DNA of 62,998 nucleotides, the filler included, from Licmophora abbreviata (lineage: Eukaryota), in NCBI GenBank assembly GCA_900291995.1. It is 24 parts of 24 records of this genome, joined end to end, with 100 filler letters (N's around TTAATTAATTAA, not from the genome) between each part and the next. Parts side by side here need not be neighbours in the genome. Positions count along the whole stretch, not along the records: positions 51,417 to 54,741 come from OLMU01002243.1; positions 54,842 to 57,177 come from OLMU01002244.1; positions 57,278 to 58,814 come from OLMU01002245.1; positions 58,915 to 60,594 come from OLMU01002246.1; positions 60,695 to 62,998 come from OLMU01002248.1; 19 more parts are not named here. One strand, 5' to 3'. The position numbers were made by a program, and so were the translations under genes. Under the pieces are notes generated by a model. The model was not told the origin of the DNA. It saw nothing but the letters and a program-made list of their open reading frames with translations, and did not search any database. Positions 53,456-62,998 of the stretch are shown in pieces (positions within the stretch are counted from its first letter, which is position 1; every line of letters starts with the position of its first letter).

Positions 53456-54663
53456 CCGGTCAACCCCGGCTCAGCCGGCTGGAATTCGTGGCGATGATGG
53501 CGATGCTGGTGGCCACGGTCGCCTTTTCGCTCGATTCCATGCTGCCCGCCCTGCCCCGCATCGGCGCCGAGTTGACGCCCGACGCGATCAACCGCGCGCA
53601 GCTTGTCGTGACTTCCTTCATCCTCGGGCTGGGGGTTGGCACGCTGTTCACCGGGCCTTTGTCGGACAGTTTCGGGCGCAAGCGGGTGATCCTGATCGGG
53701 TCGGGCGTCTATATCCTTGGCGCGGGACTTGCCTGGATTGCGCCCTCGCTCGAACTCATGATCGCCGCGCGCATCGTGCAGGGTCTTGGCGCGGCCGCAG
53801 CGCGCATCGTGGCACTGGCCATCGTGCGCGATCTCTATTCGGGCCGCGAGATGGCCCGGCTCATGAGCTTCGTGATGATGGTCTTCACACTGGTTCCCGC
53901 GGTCTCGCCGCTGGCGGGCAGCGTGGTGATTGACGTTTTCGGCTGGCGTGCGATTTTCCTGACCTTCATCGGCTTCGCTCTGGCCTGCTCTCTTTGGCTG
54001 GCCCTGCGTCTGGACGAGCCTTTGCCGCCTGAGAAACGCCGCCCCTTCCGGCGTGCCGCTCTCGTCGCCGCCATGCGCGAGGTTCTGGCCAATCCCACCG
54101 TCCGGCTGGCCATCGCGGTGCAGATGCTCTGCATGACCACGCTCTTTTGCTCGATCTCGATGATCCAGCAGATTTTCGCGGTGACCTTCGACCGCGCGCC
54201 CGAATTTCCCTTCTGGTTCTTCGTCATGGCGGTGATCGCCGGTGCGGTCAGCTTTCTCAACGCCTCCATCGTGGTCCGGCGCGGGATGCAGCGCATGGTC
54301 TCGGGCGCGCTCGGTCTGCAGATCGTGCTGTCGGGTGCGATGGTGCTGGCCTTTTCCTTTGGCCTGCCCCCGGCGCTGCAATTCCCGCTCTACATCGTCT
54401 GGCAGACCACCGTGTTCGCCAATGCCGCGCTGACGCTCGGCAATATCAATGCCCTCGGGATGGAGCCTTTGGGCCATATCGCCGGCATGGGGGCCAGCGT
54501 GATCGCCTGTTTCGCCACCGTGGGCGCCGTGCTATTGACCGTCCCGGTGGGGCTGATGTTCAACGGCACGCCGATGCCCCTTCTGCTGGCGGTGTTCTGT
54601 GTCGTGCTGCTCGCACGCCTCTTGATGCTGCGCCTGTCGCGGATGCAGGATCAGACCGCCTGA
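53452..54663 (+). CDS. Bcr/CflA-type MFS efflux transporter
   Basis: D.MLPALP, GPLSDSFGRK, RDLYSG. Confidence 0.88.
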   Translation: MTGQPRLSRLEFVAMMAMLVATVAFSLDSMLPALPRIGAELTPDAINRAQLVVTSFILGLGVGTLFTGPLSDSFGRKRVILIGSGVYILGAGLAWIAPSLELMIAARIVQGLGAAAARIVALAIVRDLYSGREMARLMSFVMMVFTLVPAVSPLAGSVVIDVFGWRAIFLTFIGFALACSLWLALRLDEPLPPEKRRPFRRAALVAAMREVLANPTVRLAIAVQMLCMTTLFCSISMIQQIFAVTFDRAPEFPFWFFVMAVIAGAVSFLNASIVVRRGMQRMVSGALGLQIVLSGAMVLAFSFGLPPALQFPLYIVWQTTVFANAALTLGNINALGMEPLGHIAGMGASVIACFATVGAVLLTVPVGLMFNGTPMPLLLAVFCVVLLARLLMLRLSRMQDQTA

Positions 54664-54905
54664 ACCGCTTTGAGCGCAAGAGCGGCCTGGCTTCGGAAAT
54701 TGCACCTTCCGGCCAAACCGCGTAGCACTGACCAAAGACACNNNNNNNNNNNNNNNNNNNNNNNNNNNNNNNNNNNNNNNNNNNNTTAATTAATTAANNN
54801 NNNNNNNNNNNNNNNNNNNNNNNNNNNNNNNNNNNNNNNNNAATTGCACCTTCCGGCCAAACCGCGTAGCACTGACCAAAGACACCTCCCCCGAAAGGCG
54901 CGCCC

Positions 54906-55241
54906 ATGCTCAAGGTCTATATCCTGCTGATTTTCGCCATCGCGGCCGAAACCGTGGGCACCAGCGCCCTGCAGGCCAGCCAGCAATTCACCCGCCTCGC
55001 ACCGACGCTTCTGGCCATCGTCGCCTATGCGATCGCGCTCTATCTTCTGGGGCTTACGCTGAAATACATCCCCGTCGGTGTCGCCTATGCGATCTGGTCG
55101 GGGCTGGGGATCGTGTTCATCGCGATCATCGGCTTCGTGGTGTTCGGCCAGCGCCTCGATCCGCCCGCCATCATCGGCACGTCCATGATCCTCGGCGGTA
55201 TCGTCGTGATTCAGCTGTTCTCCAAGACCGCGCCGCATTGA
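54906..55241 (+). CDS. SMR-family small multidrug transporter
   Basis: AIAAETVGT (conserved Glu), PVGVAYAIWSGLG. Confidence 0.9.
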   Translation: MLKVYILLIFAIAAETVGTSALQASQQFTRLAPTLLAIVAYAIALYLLGLTLKYIPVGVAYAIWSGLGIVFIAIIGFVVFGQRLDPPAIIGTSMILGGIVVIQLFSKTAPH

Positions 55242-55253
55242 CGACGCAGCCCG

Positions 55254-56531
55254 TCAGACCTGCTCGAACTGCGCCTGCTGCCGCAGGCTCCACCGCACGG
55301 TCAGATCGAACCCGTCCTCGGTCTGGCGTTCATCCTCGATCAATCCGCGCTCATAGAGCCAGGCGCGCTTGCGCCCTTCGTCGAACCTCAGATGCAGATG
55401 CGCCTCCTGGGTCGTGTCGGTCATCGCGCTGGTGATGACGCCCACCAGCTCGCTCATGCCCTCGCCCGTGACCGCCGACAACGCCTGCACATGCTCATGC
55501 CGCGCCGCCCGGGTCAGCACCGCCTGACGCGTCTCGTCATCCAGCTTGTCGATCTTGTTCCAGACCTCGATCTGCGGGGTGGTGTCGCGCACGCCCAGAC
55601 TTTCCAGAATGGTCCGCACGTCACGCGCCTGCGCCTCGCTCTCGGGATGCGAGATGTCGCGCACATGCACGATCAGATCGGCCGCCAGAACCTCTTCCAG
55701 CGTGGCGCGGAAGGCCGCGACCAACTCGGTCGGCAGATCGCTGATGAACCCCACCGTGTCCGACAGGATCACCTCGGGTCCGCCGCCGGGCAATTCGATC
55801 CGCCGCATGGTGGGATCCAGCGTCGCAAAGAGCATGTCCTTGGCCATCACATCGGCCCCGGTCATGCGGTTGAACAGCGTCGATTTGCCCGCGTTCGTAT
55901 AGCCCACCAGCGCCACGATCGGAAACGGCACCTTGGCGCGTGCGGCGCGGTGCAATTCGCGGGTGCGCACCACCTTCGACAATTGCCGTCTCAGGCGCAC
56001 CAACTGTTCGTCGATCGCACGCCGGTCGGCCTCGATCTGCGTCTCGCCCGGACCGCCCACAAAGCCAAGCCCGCCGCGCTGCCGCTCTAGGTGGGTCCAG
56101 GCCCGCACCAGCCTTGTGCGCTGATAGGACAGCGCCGCCATCTCCACCTGCAACACGCCCTCGCGGGTGGCCGCCCTGTCGCTGAAGATCTCCAGTATCA
56201 GCCCCGTGCGATCCAGCAGCTTCACGCCCCAGGCCTTTTCCAGATTGCGTTGCTGCACCGGCGTCACAGGCCCGTCGATCAACACAAGCTCGATCTCCTG
56301 CGCGTCGATCAACGCATGCAGCTCTTCGAGCTTGCCCTTGCCGAACAGCGTTCCGGGATGCGGCTGGCGCACACGCACCACCTGCGCGCCGACGACATCC
56401 AGCCCCGGCAGCGCGTGCCCCAAGGACACAGCCTCTTCAAGCGCCAGCTGCGGATCGCGGCCCGAAGCGGCGTTTGGAATGTCTGGATGCAACACCCATG
56501 CGCGGGTGTCTGCGCGCTCTGTCAGCGTCAA
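55254..56531 (-). CDS. hflX: Ribosome-splitting GTPase HflX
   Basis: [35 protein letters not shown]. Confidence 0.96.
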   Translation of the reverse strand: MTLTERADTRAWVLHPDIPNAASGRDPQLALEEAVSLGHALPGLDVVGAQVVRVRQPHPGTLFGKGKLEELHALIDAQEIELVLIDGPVTPVQQRNLEKAWGVKLLDRTGLILEIFSDRAATREGVLQVEMAALSYQRTRLVRAWTHLERQRGGLGFVGGPGETQIEADRRAIDEQLVRLRRQLSKVVRTRELHRAARAKVPFPIVALVGYTNAGKSTLFNRMTGADVMAKDMLFATLDPTMRRIELPGGGPEVILSDTVGFISDLPTELVAAFRATLEEVLAADLIVHVRDISHPESEAQARDVRTILESLGVRDTTPQIEVWNKIDKLDDETRQAVLTRAARHEHVQALSAVTGEGMSELVGVITSAMTDTTQEAHLHLRFDEGRKRAWLYERGLIEDERQTEDGFDLTVRWSLRQQAQFEQV

Positions 56532-56767
56532 GTCGCCTCGTCGCCTTCATAAAGGCTGATCGGTTGCGACGGCATGATCGTGGACACCGCGTGCTTGTAG
56601 ACAAGCTGCGATTGCCCATCTCGCCGCAGCAAGATGCAGAAATTGTCGAACCAGGTGATAACACCCTGGAGCTTTACACCGTTGATGAGAAATATCGTGA
56701 CTGGAATCTTGGTCTTGCGGACCTGGTTCAGAAATGCGTCCTGCAGATTTTGTCTGTCTGATGCCAT
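56528..56767 (-). CDS. hfq: RNA chaperone Hfq
   Basis: [29 protein letters not shown]. Confidence 0.97.
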   Translation of the reverse strand: MASDRQNLQDAFLNQVRKTKIPVTIFLINGVKLQGVITWFDNFCILLRRDGQSQLVYKHAVSTIMPSQPISLYEGDEAT

Positions 56768-56915
56768 TTTGCCAAAAGCCTTTGTTCTTGCCTGCGCCGC
56801 GAACCGGCACGTTCACTCCCTCGCAATACAAGTATGGAGCGCGTTGACGTGACTTTCCAGCCCAAAAATCAAATCCTTGCATGTGATCGCTCCGCGCCGT
56901 CTCGCGGCCATTCCG

Positions 56916-58554
56916 TCACCGCCTCCACAGGCTCGGATTGAGCAGCGCAATGATCGCCAGCGTCTCGAGCCGACCCACAACCATCGCCGCGCACAGCACC
57001 AGCTTGATGGGCTGCGAGAGCACCAGAAGGTTGATCGGTGCCTCACCGGCCACGCTCACCAGTGGTCCGGTGGTGCTCAACATCGCGATGCTCAGGATGA
57101 TCGATTCCTCGAAATCCTGCCCAAGGCCCGCCAGCGTCAGGGTGACAAGCGCAAGCGAGAGCGCGAACAGCATGAAGNNNNNNNNNNNNNNNNNNNNNNN
57201 NNNNNNNNNNNNNNNNNNNNNTTAATTAATTAANNNNNNNNNNNNNNNNNNNNNNNNNNNNNNNNNNNNNNNNNNNNGAGCGCGAACAGCATGAAGAAGA
57301 TCCACGCCACGAACGCGCCCCGGCGCCGGATCCTTCGGCTGCCCGCCCCCGCGCGCCCCACCGACGAGGGATGCACCAGCCGCTCCATTTCCCGCTGGCC
57401 GTTGAGATAAAGCGCATAGACCCGCAAGAGCTTGACGCCCCCGGCGGTCGTGGCGACACCGCCCCCCACCATCGACAGCCCCATCAGGATCAATCCGGGC
57501 GTGCCCAGTCCCGACCAGCCCCTTGCCTCGTCCCATGACGCGCTTTCAAACCCGGTGGTGGACAGGAACGACAGCACCGTGAACATGCCCCCCAGAGCGC
57601 CGCGCCGGCCATCGCCAGATTTTCGGTCTCATCGACATCGAACGCCCCGACCCAGTGCCGCGCGAAAATCAAAAGCGGCACCCCCAGCACCAGCGCCGCG
57701 CCCAACCGGAATTCCGGGTCATTGTGCAGGCCGGGCCGCGCCACGGTCACCGTGTCCGAGGAAAACGTCAGCCGCGACAGCGCAAAGAGCATGAACAGGA
57801 ACACCACCGCCTCGCCCGCGAAGCCAGATTGCGCGTTCTGCACGCCTCCGATCGGGGAAATGCCGCTTGTCGCCATGGTCGACATGGCATGCATGATCGC
57901 CACGAGCGGCCGGTCGCCCCCGATCATCAGCATGAGCCAAAGCGCCGCCGTCAGCCCGGCATAAAGCGGTGCCAGCCTGAGCGTCACTTGCGCCAGCCGC
58001 TTGGCCGAGCTGGCCCTCTCGAACCGCTCCATCTGCCCGCCGCCCTGCCCCGGCTCGGCGCTCGCCGTCACCTCGAACCCGCCAAGGTTCAGCGGCGCCA
58101 GCACCGCCGCGGCGGCGATCCACATCAGCAGCCCCCCGAACCAGCCGACGATCCCGCGCCACAGATGCAGGCTGTCGGTCAGCCGTCCCGGCTCGGTGAA
58201 AATCGGCGCGCCGGTGGTGGTCAGTGATGACACCATCTCGAAATAGGCGTTGAGATAACTGGTCGTCTCCAGCCCCTCATAGAAGGGCAGCGCCAGAAAA
58301 AGCGGCAGCCCCGTCAAGGCCAGCAACAGCGAACCCAGATTTTCCAGATCGCTGTTATCGCTCCGCGCACGCCCGGACAGCGCCAGCCCCACCAGAAACA
58401 CCACCGTCATCCCCAGCACGCTGGAATAGGCAAAGGCCTGCGCCACGCTGTGATCGCGCTGCACCAGCGCGTGGGTCGCCGGGATCAGCATGGCCGCAGC
58501 CGCAATCCCGGCCAGAGTCAGGATCAGCGGGAATGTTAGAAGGCGCGCGATCAT
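56916..58554 (-). CDS. trkH: TrkH potassium uptake membrane protein (gap plus apparent frameshift near 57590)
   Basis: FE.VS.LTTTG, STTGF, TTAGGVK..R, GRLE. Confidence 0.88.
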
Positions 58555-58558
58555 CAGA

Positions 58559-60044
58559 TCAGAAGAAGTCGATGGAAACCTGAAGCAGCTGTTCCACCCG
58601 GGCCACATCGTCGGCCATGGCGAACAGGACGATCACGTCCCCTGCCTCGATCCTCAACCCGCCCGTGGGCTTGCGGATCTCGTCGCCCTTCTTCACCGCG
58701 CCCACCAGCACGCCTTCCGGGAAATCGATGTCGCGCACCGCCGATCCGGCAATCGACGAGGTCGACATGATCTCGGCCTCGATCACCTCGGCCTCCGCAT
58801 CGCCGATGGAATAGNNNNNNNNNNNNNNNNNNNNNNNNNNNNNNNNNNNNNNNNNNNNTTAATTAATTAANNNNNNNNNNNNNNNNNNNNNNNNNNNNNN
58901 NNNNNNNNNNNNNNATGGAATAGACCGAGCGCACCTTGCCGTGCCGGATATGTCGCAGGATGGAACTCACCGTGGTGGCGCGCGGGTTGATGAAGGCGTC
59001 GATCCCAAGGGGCTCCATCAGCGGCAACAGCGTCGGGTCATTGACCAGCGTGATCGCAAACGGGCACCCGGCGGCCTTGGCGCGCACGGCGGCCAGCATG
59101 TTGGTCTTGTCGTCATCCGTGACCGCCAGCACCGCATCCGCGCGCGAGATGCCCGCCTCGTTGAGCAACGAGGCATCCAGACCATCCCCGTAAAGCACGA
59201 TCGTGCGCTCCAGCGCATCCGCCGCGCGCTCGGCGCGGCCCCGGTCGCGCTCGATCACCTTGGTGCGGGTGCGCGTGCCGCGTGTCTCCATCGCCTGCGC
59301 CACCGCAAGCCCGATATTGCCGCCGCCCACGATCACCAGACGTTCCTGTTTCTTCTGCGACTTGCCGAACACCTCCAGCGACCGGGGAATGTCCTCGAGC
59401 GGCGCAAAGATATAGGCCTCGTCCCCCGCGAAAAGCTGATCTCCCGCCTCGGGCGCAAAAAGCCGCCCCTCGCGCCGGATCGCCAGCACCACGACCCGCA
59501 AGGTCGAGAACAGATCGCTCAATTGCCGCAGCGGCGTGTTCAGAACCGGGCAATCCTCTTCAAGCCGCAGCCCCATGAGCTGCGCCTTGCCGTCAAAGAA
59601 CAGCTCCGTATCGAAGGCCGCAGGTGAAAACAGCCGCCGCATCGCCGCCTCGGCCACTTCGCGCTCGGGGCTGATGACCACGTCGATCGGCATGTGATCG
59701 CGGCGGTAAAGATCGGAATAGATCGCGTTGAGATAGGACTGACTGCGCAGCCGTGCGATCTTGCGCCGAATGGAAAAGACCGAATGCGCCACCTGACAGG
59801 TCACCATATTGACCTCGTCCGAATAGGTGGCGGCGATGATCATGTCGGCGTCCCGCGCACCCGCGCGCTCCAGAACGTCGGGATAGCTGGCAAAGCCCGC
59901 AATCCCCTGCACATCAAGCGTATCCGTGGCCCGCCGCACCAGATCGGGATTGTTGTCCACGACCGTGACTTCGTTCTTTTCGCCCGAAAGATGACGGGCG
60001 ATCTGCCAGCCAACCTGACCTGCCCCGCAGATGATGACCTTCAT
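58559..60044 (-). CDS. trkA: Trk system NAD-binding subunit (split by gap)
   Basis: GAGQVG and GGGNIG RCK domains, VISPE. Confidence 0.93.
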
Positions 60045-60142
60045 GCCTCACGCCTCATCCTGTCTGGACACGCTGAATGACAGATGCCCCCGGCAGGGTC
60101 AATTCCTTTGTCCCGCCGTTGCGGCTGATGTATCCTCGCCTC

Positions 60143-60594
60143 ATGCAGATCGCGTCCCGCCTTTTTCCGCTGTGTCTTGTCGTCCTCGCAGGCTGCGCCA
60201 CGCCCGAGCTTTTCTACCGCGAAGGCGCCACCATCGACCGGCTGGACCTCGATCTGACCGCCTGCCGCGTCTCGGCCCTGCGCGATGTGCCGCCCGCCAT
60301 CGAAACCCGCTACACCCCGCCCGACACCATCCTGCAGCCGGTCTGCCATCCCGGCGGCGCCTGTGTCTGGACGCGGATCGTGCTGCGCCCCTCGAACTAT
60401 GAGCGCGTCGACACGAATGCGGCGCTGCGCGAGGATGTGACCCGCCTGTGCATGGCCGACAAGGGCTACGCCCGGATCTCGTTGCCCGCCTGCCCGTCGG
60501 GTGTCGCGGGCAAGATCACGCTGCGCTCCGACAGCCCTCAGCCGCCGCTCGGACCCGGCTCCTGTGCCTTGCGCACCGATGGCGGCAACTGGCG
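60143..60594 (+). CDS. Cys-rich hypothetical lipoprotein (3' end in gap)
   Basis: Lipobox LAGC, D...C and CM..KGY motifs. Confidence 0.6.
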
Positions 60595-60694
60595 NNNNNN
60601 NNNNNNNNNNNNNNNNNNNNNNNNNNNNNNNNNNNNNNTTAATTAATTAANNNNNNNNNNNNNNNNNNNNNNNNNNNNNNNNNNNNNNNNNNNN

Positions 60695-60731
60695 CTTGGC
60701 AGGACTTTCACATGGGGTCCTAATGCGTTGA
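60695..60731 (+). CDS. Probable C-terminus of phosphatidylglycerophosphatase A
   Basis: LAGLSHGVLMR* overlapping the cinA start; usual order is ispDF-pgpA-cinA. Confidence 0.45.
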
Positions 60732-61195
60732 TTGCAAAAACAGTTCTCGATCTCGCCAAGGCCCGGAACCTGAAGGTTGCAACCGCCGAATCCTGTACCG
60801 GCGGGATGGTTGTGGCGGCTTTGACCGATATTCCCGGTTCCTCCGCCGTGGTCGATCGCGGCTTTGTCACCTATTCGAACGAAGCCAAGATCGACATGCT
60901 CGGCGTCCGCCCCGATACGCTTGCTGCCTTTGGCGCCGTATCCGAAGAGGTGGCACGCGAAATGGCCGAAGGCGCCATCGCACAGTCCCTTGCCGATATC
61001 GCCGTGGCCATCACCGGGATCGCCGGCCCGGGCGGGTCCGAGCACAAGCCCGAAGGCCGGGTTTGTTTCGGATTGTGCCGCAAGGGATTGAAAGCACAGA
61101 CGGAAACCGTTGAGTTCGGCGCCGTCGGCCGCGATCGGGTGCGCCTTCTGTCACGCGATCACGCCCTGGAGATGCTGGCCCGCGCCTTGGCGTGA
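60728..61195 (+). CDS. cinA: CinA C-terminal domain protein (NMN deamidase PncC)
   Basis: TAESCTGG, GSSA, YSN.AK, GAVS, TGIAGP. Confidence 0.9.
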   Translation: MIAKTVLDLAKARNLKVATAESCTGGMVVAALTDIPGSSAVVDRGFVTYSNEAKIDMLGVRPDTLAAFGAVSEEVAREMAEGAIAQSLADIAVAITGIAGPGGSEHKPEGRVCFGLCRKGLKAQTETVEFGAVGRDRVRLLSRDHALEMLARALA

Positions 61196-61201
61196 CCAGC
61201 C

Positions 61202-62485
61202 TTAGTCCGCCAATTCATGCGCAAGGCTCGATGGGGCGCCCCGCTCCTCCACAAGCCGCGCAACACGTTCAGCGCGCGCAGGGCCCATCAATGCAGTGGC
61301 CTTCGCCATGATCTTCGCGCGGCGCGTCTCGACGGTCATCGGCGCCAAAAGATCATGCGCGACGCGTTTCTCCGAACCGTCATTCATCCGTAAAACAAGG
61401 CGCGTTCCGGTCTCCGACACGCTTTCGTCGCCCATCACCTGAACCCTGTCACGCAGCGCGACAAGCTCGGGGGCCTGGGCAAACCCGTCCGAGAACGTAT
61501 CGACCCGTGACGTGTCATGACCAGCCATCGCCATCGCCAGCACCGCCCGATAGCTGAATTTGCAGCCCAGTCCCGTTTGCGGGTCAGGCTGGTTGCACAC
61601 GCTCAGCCAGCGGGGATGGGTATGCACCGTGATCGCCGCGATGTCCTGGCGCTCCGGGGCCACCTCTGCAAAGGCTTCAAGGGCGGCGTGTAGCCCGTGA
61701 CAGCAGGCATGGAACTTGTGGCTGACGTCTTCGAAAATCCATTTATTGCCAATTCCTTCCAATGCGCAGCTCATGTTGGAGCCGGCATGTGACGCGCCGA
61801 AATCCTCGAGCGCAGCGGGATTGGGCACCAGTCCGTTGGCAACCAGCAAGGCCGCCTCGACCCCGTTGCTGGCGGCGATCCCGGCATTGAAGGGCTTGCC
61901 CATCGTGCCGAACTGCGCCTTGAGCCCCGATGCCCGCGTCGCCACCAGCCCCAAGGCAGCAGCCATCTGATCAGCATCGAACCCCAGCAACCTGCCCGCG
62001 GCCGCCGCCGCGCCAAAGGCGCCCGCCGTTGCGGTTTGATGAAATCCGGCCTCGTAATGGCCGCGTCCGAGCCAAAGACCGACACGCACCGAAAGCTCGG
62101 CCCCGATCAATGCAGCGTCCTGCAAGGCCGCGCCATCGGCACCGCAACGTTCGGCAATCGCAAGAGCACTCGGCACGACCGCAACCGAAGGATGCCCGAT
62201 ATGCGCGAAATGCGTGTCGTCATAATCCAGCGCATGGCTGATTGTCCCGTTGACCAGCGCCGCCATCCGCGCCGGGGCCTGCCCGCCGCCCACAAGATGC
62301 GCCTGCGGTGCACCGCCCTCGTCCTGAGCAAGACGTCGCACCACATGGGACACCGGTTCATCGCGCCCGGCAATGGCGCATCCCATCCAGTCGATCAGCG
62401 ACAAGGCCATGATCCTTTTCGCACTTTCCGGCAGGTGCCGGGGATCGGTCAGAGCGAACTGGGCCAGGCGATCGGTCAGTGACAT
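61202..62485 (-). CDS. MmgE/PrpD family protein
   Basis: HALDYDDTH, HPS, GFHQT, K.H.CC...H. Confidence 0.88.
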   Translation of the reverse strand: MSLTDRLAQFALTDPRHLPESAKRIMALSLIDWMGCAIAGRDEPVSHVVRRLAQDEGGAPQAHLVGGGQAPARMAALVNGTISHALDYDDTHFAHIGHPSVAVVPSALAIAERCGADGAALQDAALIGAELSVRVGLWLGRGHYEAGFHQTATAGAFGAAAAAGRLLGFDADQMAAALGLVATRASGLKAQFGTMGKPFNAGIAASNGVEAALLVANGLVPNPAALEDFGASHAGSNMSCALEGIGNKWIFEDVSHKFHACCHGLHAALEAFAEVAPERQDIAAITVHTHPRWLSVCNQPDPQTGLGCKFSYRAVLAMAMAGHDTSRVDTFSDGFAQAPELVALRDRVQVMGDESVSETGTRLVLRMNDGSEKRVAHDLLAPMTVETRRAKIMAKATALMGPARAERVARLVEERGAPSSLAHELAD

Positions 62486-62500
62486 GAAGTTCCCTTCCAA

Positions 62501-62947
62501 TCAGCCGTAAAGCTGCTGCGCGCGTCCTTCGAAAGCCTTCACGATCCGCTGCATCGCCTCGTAGAAAAAGAGACCGGCCGCTTTTTGCAGGATAATGTTC
62601 TTGAACTCGAAATCCACATCGAAATGAACCATGCATCCTTCGCCATGGTCCTCGAATTGCCAGTTCGATCTCATATGGCGGAAGGGGCCATCGAGATATT
62701 CGGTTTCGATTCTCCGACTCTCGGGCCACAGCAAAACCCGGCTGCCGAAGCGTTCGCGAAATACCTTGAAGCTGATGACGAGATCCGCCTCCATCACTTG
62801 CGATCCATCGTCCTGCGGAGTGACCGAGCGTACACGCGCCGCGGCTGTCCATGGCAGAAACTTCGGATAATCGCCTACATCCGCAACAAGATCGTACATT
62901 TGTTGCGCAGAATAGGGCAGCTGGCGTGTTTCGGCATGTGACGGCAT
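62501..62947 (-). CDS. RatA/COQ10 START-domain protein
   Basis: LVADV..YP.FLPW, GPF......W.F, AF..RA. Confidence 0.9.
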   Translation of the reverse strand: MPSHAETRQLPYSAQQMYDLVADVGDYPKFLPWTAAARVRSVTPQDDGSQVMEADLVISFKVFRERFGSRVLLWPESRRIETEYLDGPFRHMRSNWQFEDHGEGCMVHFDVDFEFKNIILQKAAGLFFYEAMQRIVKAFEGRAQQLYG

Positions 62948-62998
62948 TCAGTCGTGCCCCGTTTTTTCGTGACAGTGGCGCGCTTTTTCATAGACTGG

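Noticed and set aside
27285..57600. Frameshifts in DAHP synthase, pstB, phoB, gcdH and trkH (also gafB-like at ~8002) as pseudogenes or programmed frameshifts
   Set aside because: Small indels mostly in or next to short homopolymers, in otherwise intact conserved genes of a fragmented draft; most likely sequencing errors.
2452..60694. Recurring TTAATTAATTAA flanked by Ns, superficially a repeat array or CtrA motif
   Set aside because: Artificial six-frame-stop contig linker, not biological.
62501..62947. RatA as a toxin-antitoxin module
   Set aside because: This is the conserved COQ10/START-family protein linked to ubiquinone function; no antitoxin partner is visible.

Overview
GC-rich draft chromosome segment from an alphaproteobacterium, most likely Rhodobacterales/Roseobacter group (inferred from gene content and synteny). 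It is stitched from 24 contig pieces by 23 artificial 100-nt linkers (N-run, TTAATTAATTAA, N-run), and several genes carry single-base frameshifts that are probably sequencing errors. Most of the window is core genome: metA, guaA, lipA, lpxD-ACP-fabF, xseB-ispA-dxs, a liv-type ABC transporter, DAHP synthase, gmk, phoR-pstSCAB-phoUB, gcdH, aroQ, tsf-rpsB, psuG, bdhA, hflX-hfq-trkH-trkA, cinA and ratA/COQ10. I found no transposase, prophage, CRISPR array, rRNA or tRNA. The most interesting signals are non-coding. (1) A tandem pair of candidate sRNAs at 15.35-15.56 kb, each with its own promoter and terminator; the second is complementary over 18/19 nt to the anti-Shine-Dalgarno seed of the first, suggesting an sRNA with an adjacent sponge. 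(2) A dif-like XerCD site at 41567-41594, where KOPS octamer polarity inverts, which marks the likely replication terminus. (3) A gafA/gafB-like gene-transfer-agent activator locus whose intergenic region holds a CtrA-like site and two perfect DnaA boxes. (4) A LuxR solo with a non-AHL-type pocket, followed by a palindromic box and a structured RNA. (5) A further sRNA candidate upstream of bdhA-patatin. All motif scans and alignments were done by eye.
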